64,000 nucleotides of DNA from Thermoplasmata archaeon (GCA_052326305.1 JBKQPJ010000019.1:15517-79516), one strand, 5' to 3'. Positions 1 through 10,289 are shown, counted from the stretch's first letter. Notes: a model not told the origin generated them from the sequence alone. Program-made: numbers and translations.

Positions 1-1
1 C

Positions 2-1516
2 CGCGCGAGCGAGTATGAGAAGGCGCTCGAATACACCGTGCGCGCGGCCGAGGAAGCTATCGGGCTGTACGCCCGCGAAGAGGCGCTCCGCCACTTCGCC
101 GTCGCCCAGGAGCTGCTCGAGGCGCGACCCGACGAGAAGCGGCGGGCGGTCGTACTGTTCAACGCCGGGGACCAGCTCGACCTTCTCGGACGGCACACCG
201 AGGGGTATCGCTCGATGTACGAGGCGGCCGAGATCTACGAGCGGCTGGGCCTTTCGGTAGAAGCGGGGGCGGTGCATACGGGCATCGCCCGCCGCATCAC
301 CGGCCACAACGAGCCGGTACGCGCCCTGGAGCATCTCGAGAAGGCCCGCCGCCTCCTCGAGACCGGTGCCGCGAGCGTCGAACTGGCGCGCCTGTACGAT
401 GCGATGGGGCTGGTCATGTTCCAGGAGGTCCGGATGCGGGAGGCGGCGGAGAACTGGCTCCGGGCGATGGACATCGCCTCGAAGGTCGGGGCGCTCCGGG
501 TCGAGGCGTCCGCGCGGATGAGCCTCGCCTCGATCCTGCCGCCGGGGGAGAACCGGAAGGTCTTCGAGTACCTCGACACCGCGCTGATCCTGGCCACGAA
601 AGCGGAGGCCCGGCCGGTCGTCCCGAATGTGATGCTCCTTCAGTCCCTCGCCCTCCTCCAGATCCGCGGGGATGGCCGCGCGGCCCTGCGCGCCGCGGAG
701 GACGCGATGGCCTACGCCCGTCGGGGACGGGACGTTCTCACCGAGATGGCGACCAAGGGGGGGATGGTCACCTACATTGAATGGCGCCTGGGAGACCTCG
801 AGCGGGCGGAGCGGACCGCGCTCGAGCACCGGGCGTTCGCCGCCGGGGACCCCCACCGCGAGCGGCCGACCGCAATCGCGGTCCTCGCCGAGATCGCCCT
901 CGCCCGGGGCGCCATCGACCGGGCCGAGAAGCTGCTCTGGGAGGGGGAACGGCTCCTCGTCGAAGGAGGCGACTGGACCGAGAACGCGCAGACCCAGATC
1001 GCGCTCGCGCGGTGCGCCCTGTTCCGCCGGAGACCGGCCTCGGCCCTGGAGCACCTCCGGGCGGTGCATGCCCTGTGCCGGAAGGCCGGGCCGCCCGCTA
1101 TGGACGCCCTTTTCCTTCTCGAGGCGCTCGCCCTGAACGTTCGGGCGCTCTTGGACGCCGGCGCGCCCGACGAGGCCGAGGCGTGCCTACGGGAGCTGAC
1201 GGAACTCGACCACGCGTTCGGGGAGGACGTGGGGCACGCCTACCGCGCTCGCGCGCAGGGGTGGCTGCAAGCGCACCGGAACGAGACCTCCGCCGCGATC
1301 GGGGCGCTCGAGGAATCGGCCGCGCTCTGGAAGCGGATCGGCTGGCGGTACGAGTGGGCCCAGACCGTTCTGAGCCTTGCCGAGGTCCATCGGGGGTCCG
1401 GGAACCCGGATCGGGCCCGAATGCTGAGCGACCAGGCCGCCGAGTTCCTCTCCCAGGTCGGGGCGACGCGCGACTTGGGTGGACCCGGGCCGGGCTCTGC
1501 CCCCTCGAATCCCTAG
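2..1516 (+). CDS. TPR-repeat C-terminal part of a large AAA/STAND-like ATPase-TPR protein (5' truncated by window edge)
   Basis: The frame is open from position 2 (RASEYEKALEYTVRAAEEA...). Helical A/L/E/R-rich TPR-like repeats resemble the C-terminal half of 28895..31279. Confidence 0.75.
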   Translation, partial: RASEYEKALEYTVRAAEEAIGLYAREEALRHFAVAQELLEARPDEKRRAVVLFNAGDQLDLLGRHTEGYRSMYEAAEIYERLGLSVEAGAVHTGIARRITGHNEPVRALEHLEKARRLLETGAASVELARLYDAMGLVMFQEVRMREAAENWLRAMDIASKVGALRVEASARMSLASILPPGENRKVFEYLDTALILATKAEARPVVPNVMLLQSLALLQIRGDGRAALRAAEDAMAYARRGRDVLTEMATKGGMVTYIEWRLGDLERAERTALEHRAFAAGDPHRERPTAIAVLAEIALARGAIDRAEKLLWEGERLLVEGGDWTENAQTQIALARCALFRRRPASALEHLRAVHALCRKAGPPAMDALFLLEALALNVRALLDAGAPDEAEACLRELTELDHAFGEDVGHAYRARAQGWLQAHRNETSAAIGALEESAALWKRIGWRYEWAQTVLSLAEVHRGSGNPDRARMLSDQAAEFLSQVGATRDLGGPGPGSAPSNP

Positions 1517-1532
1517 ATCCGGCAGGGGTGGG

Positions 1533-2216
1533 TCAGACCGTCTTCGCGGGCGCACTTCGCTCCGCCGATCGGCCGGGGGGGCCGGCCGCTACCTTCCGGT
1601 GCGCGTCGAGATAGGCGGCGAGGAGGAGGAAGTAGGAGAGGAACAGATACGACGCGAGCGAGTCGACCGGGGTGATGAACCCCGGGACGGACGGCTTGCG
1701 GTCGTGGACCAGCGTGAGGATCGTGGAGAGGTTGGCCGCGAGGGCCGCGCTGATGAGGCCGGCGACGACCAGGGACCAGGCGATCGAGGCGGCGAGGACC
1801 GCCTGGCTCGGCCGGCCGACCAGGTGGAAGACGAGGTAGACGTAGGTGACGAAGGTTCCGAGCACCAGGGATCCGACGGCGGCGCCGAACAGGCCCTTCG
1901 CCCACAGCGGAACGCCCAGCCCCGGCTCCAGGTAGAGGAGTCCCACGACGGCCCCCGCCACAACGCCCCCGAGCACGCTGAGGCCGAAGACGAGGTGCGC
2001 CTGGCGCACCCGGGTGCGGTGGAGCTCGCTCCACTCGTGCCGGCCGATCCAGACGAACAAGAGCCCGGCCAGCGTCATCGCGACGGGCAGGAAGAACAGG
2101 AGATTGACGCCCGGATGGAACTTTCCCCCGGAGACGAAGGAGTAGACGTCGCCGGCCCCTTCGATCGCGAAACCGATCGAAAGGATCGTCAGGCTCACGC
2201 GCAGGTTGGTCGTCAT
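1533..2216 (-). CDS. Hypothetical multi-pass membrane protein
   Basis: 227 aa with about six hydrophobic segments and GC3-rich codons. Confidence 0.75.
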   Translation of the reverse strand: MTTNLRVSLTILSIGFAIEGAGDVYSFVSGGKFHPGVNLLFFLPVAMTLAGLLFVWIGRHEWSELHRTRVRQAHLVFGLSVLGGVVAGAVVGLLYLEPGLGVPLWAKGLFGAAVGSLVLGTFVTYVYLVFHLVGRPSQAVLAASIAWSLVVAGLISAALAANLSTILTLVHDRKPSVPGFITPVDSLASYLFLSYFLLLAAYLDAHRKVAAGPPGRSAERSAPAKTV

Positions 2217-2328
2217 CGGTCGCTTCCTCGGACAGCACGACCTTGGGGACCGCTCATAGAACCTCCGTCGAAGGAGAACCGCCCGGCACCCGTTATGCGC
2301 CGACGCGGCTCCGCCTCGGGGGGAGCTG

Positions 2329-3228
2329 ATGTCGCCCGGGGGGTGGGACGAGATGGCCGCCTGGAGGGACGAACGTTCGGGGGAGGCGGGAGATCTGTGG
2401 CACCGCGCCCTGATTGACCCGACGCTTCTCGAGGTCGTCGGCGGCGTGGAGGGGCTTCGGGTCCTCGAGCTCGCGTGCGGGAACGGCTACCTCGCCCGAC
2501 GGTTCGCCCGCGCCGGGGCGAGCTCGGTCGTCGGGATCGACCTCTCCCGCCCCACCCTCGCTCGGGCGATCGCGCGGGAGCGGGCCGACCCGACCGGGGC
2601 CCGGTTCGTGGTCGGGGACGCGAGCCACCTCGCGCAGTTCGAGGCCGGTTCGTTCGACCTCGTCGTGGCGAACATGGCCCTGATGGACATCGAGGACGGC
2701 GCGGGAACGGTCCGGGAGGTCGGGCGGCTGCTCGCCTCCGGGGGTCGCTTCGTCTTCTCCCTATCGCACCCGTGCTTCGACACCGACGATCGCTCGATGT
2801 GGGTCGTGGAGCGGGGGATCGCGCCCGACGGCACCTACAGCGACCTCGTGTGGCGGAAGGTCCGCGGCTATCGCGACGAAGGGAAGCGCTCGGTCCCGTG
2901 GGCCGTCTCCCCGACCCGAACGTTCCATACCGAGGCGTTCCACCGGACGCTGTCGACCTACTCGCGCTACCTGCGCAGGGCGGGCCTCGTGATCTCGCGG
3001 CTCGAGGAGCCGACGCCGCTCCCCGAGATGCTCGAAGGCAGCCCCCAGGGCCGATACATCGCCGAGATCCCCCTCCACCTCGTCATCGAGGCGATCCGGG
3101 GATCGATCACGCCACCGGCGTCGGGAACGTCGGAAGGTAGCCCTCGGGCGGCCTCCCGACGATCGGGATCGCGTGGCCGCAGGAGCGGCAACGGTTCTGC
3201 TCGTCGAGGTTCCACTCCTGGATCGTGA
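2329..3228 (+). CDS. Class I SAM-dependent methyltransferase
   Basis: Motifs VLELACGNG, VVGIDLS, FDLVVANMALMD and GGRFVFSLSHPCF. The C-terminal ~40 aa overlap the convergent gene. Confidence 0.9.
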   Translation: MSPGGWDEMAAWRDERSGEAGDLWHRALIDPTLLEVVGGVEGLRVLELACGNGYLARRFARAGASSVVGIDLSRPTLARAIARERADPTGARFVVGDASHLAQFEAGSFDLVVANMALMDIEDGAGTVREVGRLLASGGRFVFSLSHPCFDTDDRSMWVVERGIAPDGTYSDLVWRKVRGYRDEGKRSVPWAVSPTRTFHTEAFHRTLSTYSRYLRRAGLVISRLEEPTPLPEMLEGSPQGRYIAEIPLHLVIEAIRGSITPPASGTSEGSPRAASRRSGSRGRRSGNGSARRGSTPGS

Positions 3229-4174
3229 ACCCGTAGCGGCGGACCGCGACCGCCCGGCAGGCGGGACAGTACGTGTGCTCGTACGGATGGCCCCAGACGT
3301 TCCCGAGGTAGACGTACTCGAGCCCCTCGGCCGCGGCGACGTCGTGGAGCTTCTCGAGCGTCGCGACCGGGGTCTCGGGGAACTCCATCATCCGGTAGTC
3401 CGGATGGAACCGGAGCAGGTGGAACGGCGTCGAGGGGCCGAGGCGGTCCACGACGAACCGCGCGAGGCGCCGCGTCGCCGCGACGGACTCGCCGACGGTC
3501 GGCACGATGAGGTCGGTGATCTCGACGTGGGTGCCCTTCTCCTTCAGCCCGACCACCGACTCGAAGATCGGCTCGGGCCCCTTCGCGCTGATGTACTTGC
3601 GCATGAACCCGGGCTCGCCGCTTCCCTTGAAGTCGACCGAGACGGCATCGAGGTGCCCGCCGAGGTACCCGACGGCCTCGGGCGTCAGGTAGCCATTCGT
3701 GACGAAGTTCGCGAACAGGCCTTCCCGGCGGCCCGCCTCCATCACGTCGAGCGCGTACTCCGCGAAGATCGACGGCTCGTTGTACGTGAACGTGATCCCC
3801 GCGCACCCGAACCGCTTCGCCCGGGCCACGGCGGTCGCGGGAGAGAACGGGCGCCCGACGATCTCGCGCTCCTGGGAGATCTCCGCGTTCTGGCAGTACA
3901 GGCAGCGCCAGTTGCACCCGACGGTCCCGATCGACAGGACGCGGGTCCCGGGACGGTAGTGCGAGAGGGGCTTCTTCTCGACCGGATCGACCTGGACGGC
4001 CGAGGCGAGGCCGTACGTCAGCAGGACGAGCCGGCCCCCCTCGTTCTTGCGCACGAAGCAGAAGCCGTGCGAGCCGTCAGGGATGGTGCAGTACCGGGCG
4101 CAGGCGGTGCAGCGGACCTTGCCGCCCTCGAGCGGCTCGGAGAGCGCGGCGGGGTGGTGCGAAGCGACGGCCAT
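3107..4174 (-). CDS. amrS: AmmeMemoRadiSam system radical SAM enzyme (PFL-activating-like)
   Basis: N-terminal CTACARYC...GFC, DPVEKKPL, CNWRCLYC (CX3CX2C), TYNEP and a C-terminal TYCPAC...CRSC. The ATG at 4174 follows a GAGAGG SD. Confidence 0.9.
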   Translation of the reverse strand: MAVASHHPAALSEPLEGGKVRCTACARYCTIPDGSHGFCFVRKNEGGRLVLLTYGLASAVQVDPVEKKPLSHYRPGTRVLSIGTVGCNWRCLYCQNAEISQEREIVGRPFSPATAVARAKRFGCAGITFTYNEPSIFAEYALDVMEAGRREGLFANFVTNGYLTPEAVGYLGGHLDAVSVDFKGSGEPGFMRKYISAKGPEPIFESVVGLKEKGTHVEITDLIVPTVGESVAATRRLARFVVDRLGPSTPFHLLRFHPDYRMMEFPETPVATLEKLHDVAAAEGLEYVYLGNVWGHPYEHTYCPACRAVAVRRYGFTIQEWNLDEQNRCRSCGHAIPIVGRPPEGYLPTFPTPVA

Positions 4175-4279
4175 CCTCTCCCCCTCTTCGGGATGGGTGT
4201 TCGTCACCATAAGGCCCGCCGGGCTCCCGGGCGGGCGTCCAGCCGAAGGTTCATCTTCCGCGGAACGTCCGGGGAACCG

Positions 4280-5716
4280 ATGGGAGAAGCGTCCGCCCGG
4301 GCGCCCGGTCCGGAGGCGTCCCGGGTCGAGGCCCAGGTTGCGTCCCGTATCGCTCCGAGCGCGGAGTTCCTGGCCGAGGTCGCGCGGGTCCGCACGGAGA
4401 TCGTCGGACGGGCGGAAGCGGCGGCGCGCGCCCGGTCGAGCCCCCTCGTCCGGGCCCTCGTCGCCGGGAGCGCGGCCCGGGGCACGTTCCTCTTCGACCG
4501 GCTCGATATCGACCTCTTCCTGTTGTTCCCCCCCGACCTCCCGAAGGAGAAGCTCCGGGAGGAGGGGCTGGCCCTCGGTCGGGCGATCCTCACCGACACC
4601 GAGACCCGGTACGCCGAACACCCGTACCTGCGCGGAGCCTTCCAAGGGTTCCGGGTCGACGCCGTCCCCGGTTTCGCCATCACCGACCCGTCGCGCCCGA
4701 TCTCCCCGGTCGACCGCACCCCGTTCCACCAGGAGTACCTCGCCGCGCGGGAGACCCCCGAGCTCGTCTCCGAGGTCCGTCTGACCAAGCAGTTCCTGCG
4801 GGCCCTCGGGATCTACGGCTCCGAGGCGCGGACCGAGGGGCTCTCGGGGTACCTCGTCGAGCTGCTCACGCTGCGGTTCGGCTCGTTCCACCGGTTCGTC
4901 GAAGCGGCGCAGGGCTGGCGGATCCCGGTCCGGCTCAGCGCTGCCGGAGCGGAGCCGCCGCGGCTTCCCGAGGACGTCGCCCTCGTCCTCGCTGATCCGG
5001 TCGATCCCCATCGGAACGTCTCGAGCGCGCTCTCCCGCCGGAACCTGGGGGTGCTCATCGTCGCGGCCCGCGAGTACCTGGCGCACCCCGACGAGGCGTG
5101 GTTCGAGCCCACCTCCGTGGCCCCGCTCTCCCTCGAGGAGGCGAAGGCGCTCCTCCACGAGCGGGCGAGCCACGTGACGGTCCTCGACCTCCCCCGCCCG
5201 GACCTCGTCGACGACACCCTGTACCCGCAGATCCGCAAGGCGGAGCGGGCGGTGGCCGACGAGGTCGGCCGCTCCGGCTTCGAGCTTCTCGGCAGCGCGA
5301 GCGCGGCGGACCGCTCCCGAGTGCTCGTCCTGGTCGAGGTCGCGCACGTGCGCCGGGGGGCGGTCCGGCCGCGGGACGGTCCCCCGGCCGGCATCGACCG
5401 GGTCGGCGAGTTCCTCGACAAGTGGGCGCGCCCCGGGATGGGTGTCCTCCAGGGCCCCTTCGTCCGGCCCGACGGGAGCCTCGCCGTGGAGACCCGGGAA
5501 GAGCTCCGCGAGGTCGAGCCGCTGCTCCGGGAACGCCTACCGAGGCTCTCGCTCGGCCGGGACCTCGCGCCGAGCGACCCCGCGACGGCGAGCGTGCGGA
5601 CCCTCGGCGAGTCGGTCGACTCCGAGGCGCTGGGGATCGCCCTGCGCGACCTGCTCGGGAAGCGCCTGCCGTGGCTCCGCCCGGAGGGACGAGCGCCTAC
5701 GCCCCCGTCACGTTGA
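4280..5716 (+). CDS. cca: Archaeal class I CCA tRNA nucleotidyltransferase
   Basis: Motifs GSAARGTFL..LDIDLF, YAEHPY, VDRTPFH, GIYGSE, SGYLVELL and DPVDPHRNV. Confidence 0.95.
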   Translation: MGEASARAPGPEASRVEAQVASRIAPSAEFLAEVARVRTEIVGRAEAAARARSSPLVRALVAGSAARGTFLFDRLDIDLFLLFPPDLPKEKLREEGLALGRAILTDTETRYAEHPYLRGAFQGFRVDAVPGFAITDPSRPISPVDRTPFHQEYLAARETPELVSEVRLTKQFLRALGIYGSEARTEGLSGYLVELLTLRFGSFHRFVEAAQGWRIPVRLSAAGAEPPRLPEDVALVLADPVDPHRNVSSALSRRNLGVLIVAAREYLAHPDEAWFEPTSVAPLSLEEAKALLHERASHVTVLDLPRPDLVDDTLYPQIRKAERAVADEVGRSGFELLGSASAADRSRVLVLVEVAHVRRGAVRPRDGPPAGIDRVGEFLDKWARPGMGVLQGPFVRPDGSLAVETREELREVEPLLRERLPRLSLGRDLAPSDPATASVRTLGESVDSEALGIALRDLLGKRLPWLRPEGRAPTPPSR

Positions 5717-6056
5717 CGAGCACGAGCCAGAGCGCGAGCCAGCCGAAGAACACGAGAGCGATCAGCCCCGCCCAGTCGCTCTTGGTGTAGAGGTCGGAGC
5801 GGGCGCGCACGCGCTGGATCACGAATGGGCTGAGGGCGACGCCGAGGATCCCGACAGGGAACGCGATGTACCAGGCGAGCCCCGAGCGCGTCAGGGCCCA
5901 GCAGACGAGCCCGAGGAGGAGGGTGAGCACCGTCGCGATCGCGACCGCGGAGGCGAGCTCGAACTCCTTCGTGACGAACGCGACCTCGTCGAACACGGGA
6001 AAGTCGAACGCCGCGGCCTCCTCTTCCTCGAGCTTCTGCCGCTTCTTCTTCGCCAT
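5697..6056 (-). CDS. Small hypothetical membrane protein (3 TM)
   Basis: 119 aa, starts 3 nt after the lipA stop. Charged N-terminus (FDFPVFDEVAF) followed by hydrophobic helices. Confidence 0.8.
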   Translation of the reverse strand: MAKKKRQKLEEEEAAAFDFPVFDEVAFVTKEFELASAVAIATVLTLLLGLVCWALTRSGLAWYIAFPVGILGVALSPFVIQRVRARSDLYTKSDWAGLIALVFFGWLALWLVLVNVTGA

Positions 6057-6059
6057 CGC

Positions 6060-7004
6060 CTAGCTTCCCCGGGCCTCGCGCGCGCGGCGGTAGAGCTCCT
6101 CGGCCCGGTAAGAGCTGCGAACGAGGGGGCCCGCCTCCACGCCGGAGAAACCGAGGCCGAGCGCCGTACGGCGGAGCCGCCCGAACTCCTCGGGGGGGAC
6201 GAACCGGGCGACGGGAACGTGGCCCGGGCTGGGCCGGAGGTATTGTCCGAGCGTCAGCAGGTCGACCCCCGCGCGGCGAAGGTCGCCGAACGCCTTTCCG
6301 AGCTCGCCGTCCTCCTCCCCGAGGCCGAGCATGACCGAGCTCTTCAGCACGAGGCCCGGTCCGCCGAGACGGCGGGAGCGCGCGAGCAGCTCGAGCGACC
6401 GGTCGTAGCCGGCGCGAGGGTCCCGGACCCGGGGCGAGAGCGAGCGCACCGTCTCGAGATTGTGCGCGAGCACGTCCGGGGCCGCGTCGACCACGGTGCG
6501 CAACGCCCCCTCGCTCGCCCCGAGATCCCCGACGAGAAGCTCGACCAGGGTCCCGGGACTCTCCTTCCGGATCGAGGCGACCGTTTCCGCCAAGGGTCCC
6601 GCGCCCCCGTCGGGAAGGTCGTCCCGGCACACCTGGGTGAGCACGACGTACCGCAGCCCCCATCGGCGGACCGCCTCCGCGACGCGCGCCGGCTCCGTCC
6701 GGTCGACTACGCCCCGGGGCCAGTGCGTCGTGACGGCGCAGAAGCCGCACCGCCGGGTGCACTCCGTACCGAGGAGCATCAGCGTCGCCGCTCCCGCCGA
6801 CCAGCACTCCGAAAGGTTCGGGCAATGGGCCTCGCGGCAGACCGTCCCGAGACCGAGCTCGCCGAGCATCCCCTTAACCTCGGGGTACACCGGCCCCTGC
6901 GGGGGGCGGATCCGGATCCACGGAGGGAGCGCCCGATCGCTCCCGGACGATGCCCCGACGCTGTCGGACCCGGCCACGAGGGGCGAGGACGGGCCGACCC
7001 GCAT
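6060..7004 (-). CDS. lipA: Lipoyl synthase
   Basis: TVCREAHCPNLSECW (CX4CX5C), CTRRCGFC (CX3CX2C), HNLETV, GQYLRP and RSSY. Confidence 0.95.
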   Translation of the reverse strand: MRVGPSSPLVAGSDSVGASSGSDRALPPWIRIRPPQGPVYPEVKGMLGELGLGTVCREAHCPNLSECWSAGAATLMLLGTECTRRCGFCAVTTHWPRGVVDRTEPARVAEAVRRWGLRYVVLTQVCRDDLPDGGAGPLAETVASIRKESPGTLVELLVGDLGASEGALRTVVDAAPDVLAHNLETVRSLSPRVRDPRAGYDRSLELLARSRRLGGPGLVLKSSVMLGLGEEDGELGKAFGDLRRAGVDLLTLGQYLRPSPGHVPVARFVPPEEFGRLRRTALGLGFSGVEAGPLVRSSYRAEELYRRAREARGS

Positions 7005-8161
7005 TAGGTTTTGCCGCCCCGGTCCCGGCCGATCCGCTCCTCGAGGAGCGTCGCGAGGAACGTCGCCGGCATCTCGTCGGTCCCGACGTGGCTCGACTCG
7101 CCGGTCGATCCCGCTTCGAGCGTGACGAGGCCGTCCCGCTCGAGCTCCTTGAGCGTCCGCCAGAACGTCGTTCGGCTCATCTTCGGCGCCCCCAGCTCCT
7201 CCAGGAGCGCCGAGTGCGTCGAGCGCAGCTTCTGGCTCGTCACCTGGCTCCCCTTCCCCTTGAGGGTGCGCGCGAGCGCGAGGAGGACCCCGAGCTCGTT
7301 CGTCGAGAGCTCCTCGAGCTGGGTCTCCGTCACCGTCGGGAGGAGCGAGCCTTTCGCGCGACGCACGTGATCGGCCGAGATCGTCGGCGCCCCCGCGTCG
7401 TCCGCGGCGCGGGCCGCGTTCGCGAGGACCTCGAGGGCGAACCTTGCGTCCCCGTTCGAGGCCGCGATCCGGGCGATCTGGCCGAGGATGTCGCGGTCGA
7501 AGCTCCCCGGGCGCAACGCGAGCGCGGCGCGCGACTCGAGGATGTCGACGAGCGCCTCCCGGCCGTATGGCGCCAGGGAGAGCCGGTGGGTGACGCCGAA
7601 GCTCGAACGGCTCGCGGCGTCGAGGTACGGGAGGAGGTCCTCGGAGGCGATCAGCACGAGCGAGATCGCCCCGAGCTCGACCTCGCGCGAGCGGGTGAGC
7701 AGGTAGACGAGCTTCGTTCCCTGGCGGACGAGCGCGGAGGCCTCGTCGAGGAGGACGAGCCGGTGCGCCGGGGTGCGGCGCAGCCCCTGTTCGTAGACGT
7801 CGAGCATCTCCGAGAGGCTGTAGCCGCGGTCGGGGAGGGAGACGTCGACGCTCCGCAGAAGATCGAGCATGACCGTCCGGTCGCTCGCCCGACGCCAGCA
7901 GTTGATGTAGGTCGCCCGCACCGGGAAGTCGCCGAGCCGGCCCGCCCGTTCGAGATCGGCGGAGAAGCGTCGCGCGATCGCGGTCTTTCCGCTCCCGATG
8001 CCGCCGGTGAGGAGCAGGTGGAAGGCGAGTCCCTTCGGGAGGGCATCGCGGTAGCGCCGCCCGAGGAGCGCAAGCTCCTCCTCCCGGTGCACGAGGCGGG
8101 GAGGGACGTACGAGGGTTCGAGCGTCTCCTCCTTCAGGAGGATGCGGGTCGCGGGGGTCAT
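7004..8161 (-). CDS. cdc6: Orc1/Cdc6 family replication initiator
   Basis: L.PSYVPPRLVHREEE, Walker A GGIGSGKT, YINC, Walker B LVLLDEA, GDARFAL and a C-terminal winged helix. Confidence 0.9.
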   Translation of the reverse strand: MTPATRILLKEETLEPSYVPPRLVHREEELALLGRRYRDALPKGLAFHLLLTGGIGSGKTAIARRFSADLERAGRLGDFPVRATYINCWRRASDRTVMLDLLRSVDVSLPDRGYSLSEMLDVYEQGLRRTPAHRLVLLDEASALVRQGTKLVYLLTRSREVELGAISLVLIASEDLLPYLDAASRSSFGVTHRLSLAPYGREALVDILESRAALALRPGSFDRDILGQIARIAASNGDARFALEVLANAARAADDAGAPTISADHVRRAKGSLLPTVTETQLEELSTNELGVLLALARTLKGKGSQVTSQKLRSTHSALLEELGAPKMSRTTFWRTLKELERDGLVTLEAGSTGESSHVGTDEMPATFLATLLEERIGRDRGGKT

Positions 8162-8192
8162 TCGGCCCCCGCGGGGGCGAGGGACGCGGATA

Positions 8193-8831
8193 TCATCTGC
8201 GCCTCGACCCGGTGCCGACCCCTCGGCCGCGCTCGGGGAGGTCGAGGGCGTCGAGCGCGTCGCGCACGAGCTCGCGGGAGGAGCGCCGCGCGTCGAGCAC
8301 GATCCACCCCGGCCGCCGCGAGAGCTGCCGGTAGGCCCGGGCGACCCGCTCGAGCGTCCGCCGGCGTTCGAGCGGCGCCCGGTGCTTCGCGCGGAGCTCG
8401 AGCCGCCGCAGCGCTTCCGCCAGCGGAAGGTCGAGCAGGAGGACCCGGTCGGGGACGACCGTCGCGTCGCGCTGCAGGCGCTCGAGCCGCCTCCGGTCGC
8501 GGAGGGGCAAGGCGCTCCCCTGGTAGGCGAGCGTCGAGTAGAACGAGCGGTCCGAGAGCACGATCTCCCGACGGGCGAGGTCGCGCCGGACCCCGCTCTG
8601 GGCGAGGTGCCGGTCGACGGTGAAGTACACGGCGCCCGTCCAGGGGTCCCGGACGCTCGCCTCCTGGGCGAGGTGCCCGAGATAGGGGTCGGCCGGCTCT
8701 CGGCGCACGGCGACCGAGAACCCCCGGCGGCGCAGGGCCGACGCGAGGGCTCGGAGAAGGGTCGACTTGCCCGTCCCGTCGATGCCTTCGAGCGCGATCA
8801 GGGACCCGCGTCGTCCGTGGCGATCCGTCAT
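8193..8831 (-). CDS. tmk: Thymidylate kinase
   Basis: EGIDGTGKST, REP and DRSFYSTLAYQG. The ATG at 8831 overlaps the upstream stop (ATGA). Confidence 0.92.
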   Translation of the reverse strand: MTDRHGRRGSLIALEGIDGTGKSTLLRALASALRRRGFSVAVRREPADPYLGHLAQEASVRDPWTGAVYFTVDRHLAQSGVRRDLARREIVLSDRSFYSTLAYQGSALPLRDRRRLERLQRDATVVPDRVLLLDLPLAEALRRLELRAKHRAPLERRRTLERVARAYRQLSRRPGWIVLDARRSSRELVRDALDALDLPERGRGVGTGSRRR

Positions 8832-9700
8832 GACGGCTCCCGGTCGGGGATCTCGGGCCGCCATCCGTAGACCCGCTCGACCGACTCGACGAACGGCCCC
8901 CAGAGGCGCTCGCCTCCCCCGTCCGTTTCCTCGGCGATCATCCGCGCGCGGCGGGGGACGGTCTCGAGGTCGAGAACGGCCCCGGGGCGGGACGGGTCAT
9001 CAAGGAAATCCGTCTCGAGGAACCACGGCGCGGGGTCGCCGGCCACGGCACGGACCAGCTCCCGGCGCGCGAGGTAGGAGGGTACGATCCCGCTCGCGTC
9101 GGCCGGCGCGATCCGGTGCCGGGCGTAATGCTTGACGACCTTGCCGACCGGAACGCCCGCCCGCTCCGCCTCGCCCGCGATCCGACGGTACGCGGGGGGA
9201 TCGAGGTCGGCCGAGTGGACCACGACGGGGCAGTCCACGTCGCGGGCGACCTCGAGGGCGTGGCCGAACGCCTCGCTACCGGCCTCCTCGAGCGCCGGCG
9301 CGACGGCGAAGTGCGGGCGGCCGACCTCCCCCAGGGCCACGGCCCGCTTCTCGCGCACCCATCGGCCCGCGAGGTCGAGGGCCGCCCGGTGCAGGGCGAG
9401 GGCGCCGGGGACCCCGAGGAGGGGGGCGGCCTCGAGGAGGTCGATCGGATACGGGGCGACGACCGGATACACCACGACTCCCACCTCTTCTTTCACCTTG
9501 CGGGCGAGGCTCTCGGTCATCTCGAACTGCCGCTCGTAGTCCTCAAGCGTCGTCAGCGGTCGTCGGGCGTAGTTCTGGGTCGCGAGGAACAGATGCGTGC
9601 CACCCGCCGTACGGAACCGGGCGGCCGCCCGGACCCCCTCGCCATCCGGCGAGAGGTGACAGTGATGGTCGACGACCGGAAGGCCGCGCGGGAGCGCCAC
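8828..9700 (-). CDS. tatD: TatD-family metal-dependent hydrolase
   Basis: DHHCHL, ALGEVGRPH, VVVHS, VVKHY and LETDFLDDP.RPG (archaeal TatD-like). Confidence 0.85.
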   Translation of the reverse strand: MALPRGLPVVDHHCHLSPDGEGVRAAARFRTAGGTHLFLATQNYARRPLTTLEDYERQFEMTESLARKVKEEVGVVVYPVVAPYPIDLLEAAPLLGVPGALALHRAALDLAGRWVREKRAVALGEVGRPHFAVAPALEEAGSEAFGHALEVARDVDCPVVVHSADLDPPAYRRIAGEAERAGVPVGKVVKHYARHRIAPADASGIVPSYLARRELVRAVAGDPAPWFLETDFLDDPSRPGAVLDLETVPRRARMIAEETDGGGERLWGPFVESVERVYGWRPEIPDREPS

Positions 9701-9718
9701 GCTCGGCTCGGCGGTCGC

Positions 9719-10267
9719 CTACCGCAGCAGGCCGGCGCCCTGGAGCTCCTTCGTGATCTTCTTGACAGCGACCTCGACGTCCGACGGCTTGCGCGCGCCG
9801 GTGCAGACGAGCTTGCCGCTGCCGAACAGGAGGACGACCACGCGGGGCTCTTCGATGCGGCAGACGAGCCCGGGGAACTGCTCCGGCTCGTACTCGACGC
9901 GGTCCAGGCCCAGCGTGACCGCGATCGCGTTGAGATTGATCTCGCTCTCGAGGTCCGAGCTCGCCACGATGTTCTGGACCTCGATCTTCGGCTTCATCGT
10001 GATCTTCTGGCCGCCCTTGCGGATCTGCGCGGCGACCGTACGGATCGATTCCTCGACCTCGTGCATGCTCTTCGCGCCGGTGCAGACGACCTTGCCCGAG
10101 CGGAAGAGCAGGATCGCGGTCTTCGGCTGCTTCAGCCGGTAGATCAGGCCCGGGAACTGCTCGGGCTCGTACTCCGCGCCATCGAGGCCGAGCGCGATCG
10201 ACTGGAGGTCGAGTACGTCCCCGAGCGATGTCGAGGCAACGACGTTCTCGATGCGAATCTTGACCAA
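9719..10267 (-). CDS. tbp: TATA-box-binding protein (paralog 1)
   Basis: Two direct repeats of NVVAS...YEPEQFPGL...LLFxSGKxVCTGA. TTG start. Confidence 0.97.
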   Translation of the reverse strand: MVKIRIENVVASTSLGDVLDLQSIALGLDGAEYEPEQFPGLIYRLKQPKTAILLFRSGKVVCTGAKSMHEVEESIRTVAAQIRKGGQKITMKPKIEVQNIVASSDLESEINLNAIAVTLGLDRVEYEPEQFPGLVCRIEEPRVVVLLFGSGKLVCTGARKPSDVEVAVKKITKELQGAGLLR

Positions 10268-10289
10268 GGTGCTCCCCCGGGCGCGGGAC

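Noticed and set aside
7004-8200. Replication origin next to cdc6
   Set aside because: The flanks are only 31 nt and an overlap. There are no ORB repeats or AT-rich unwinding element.
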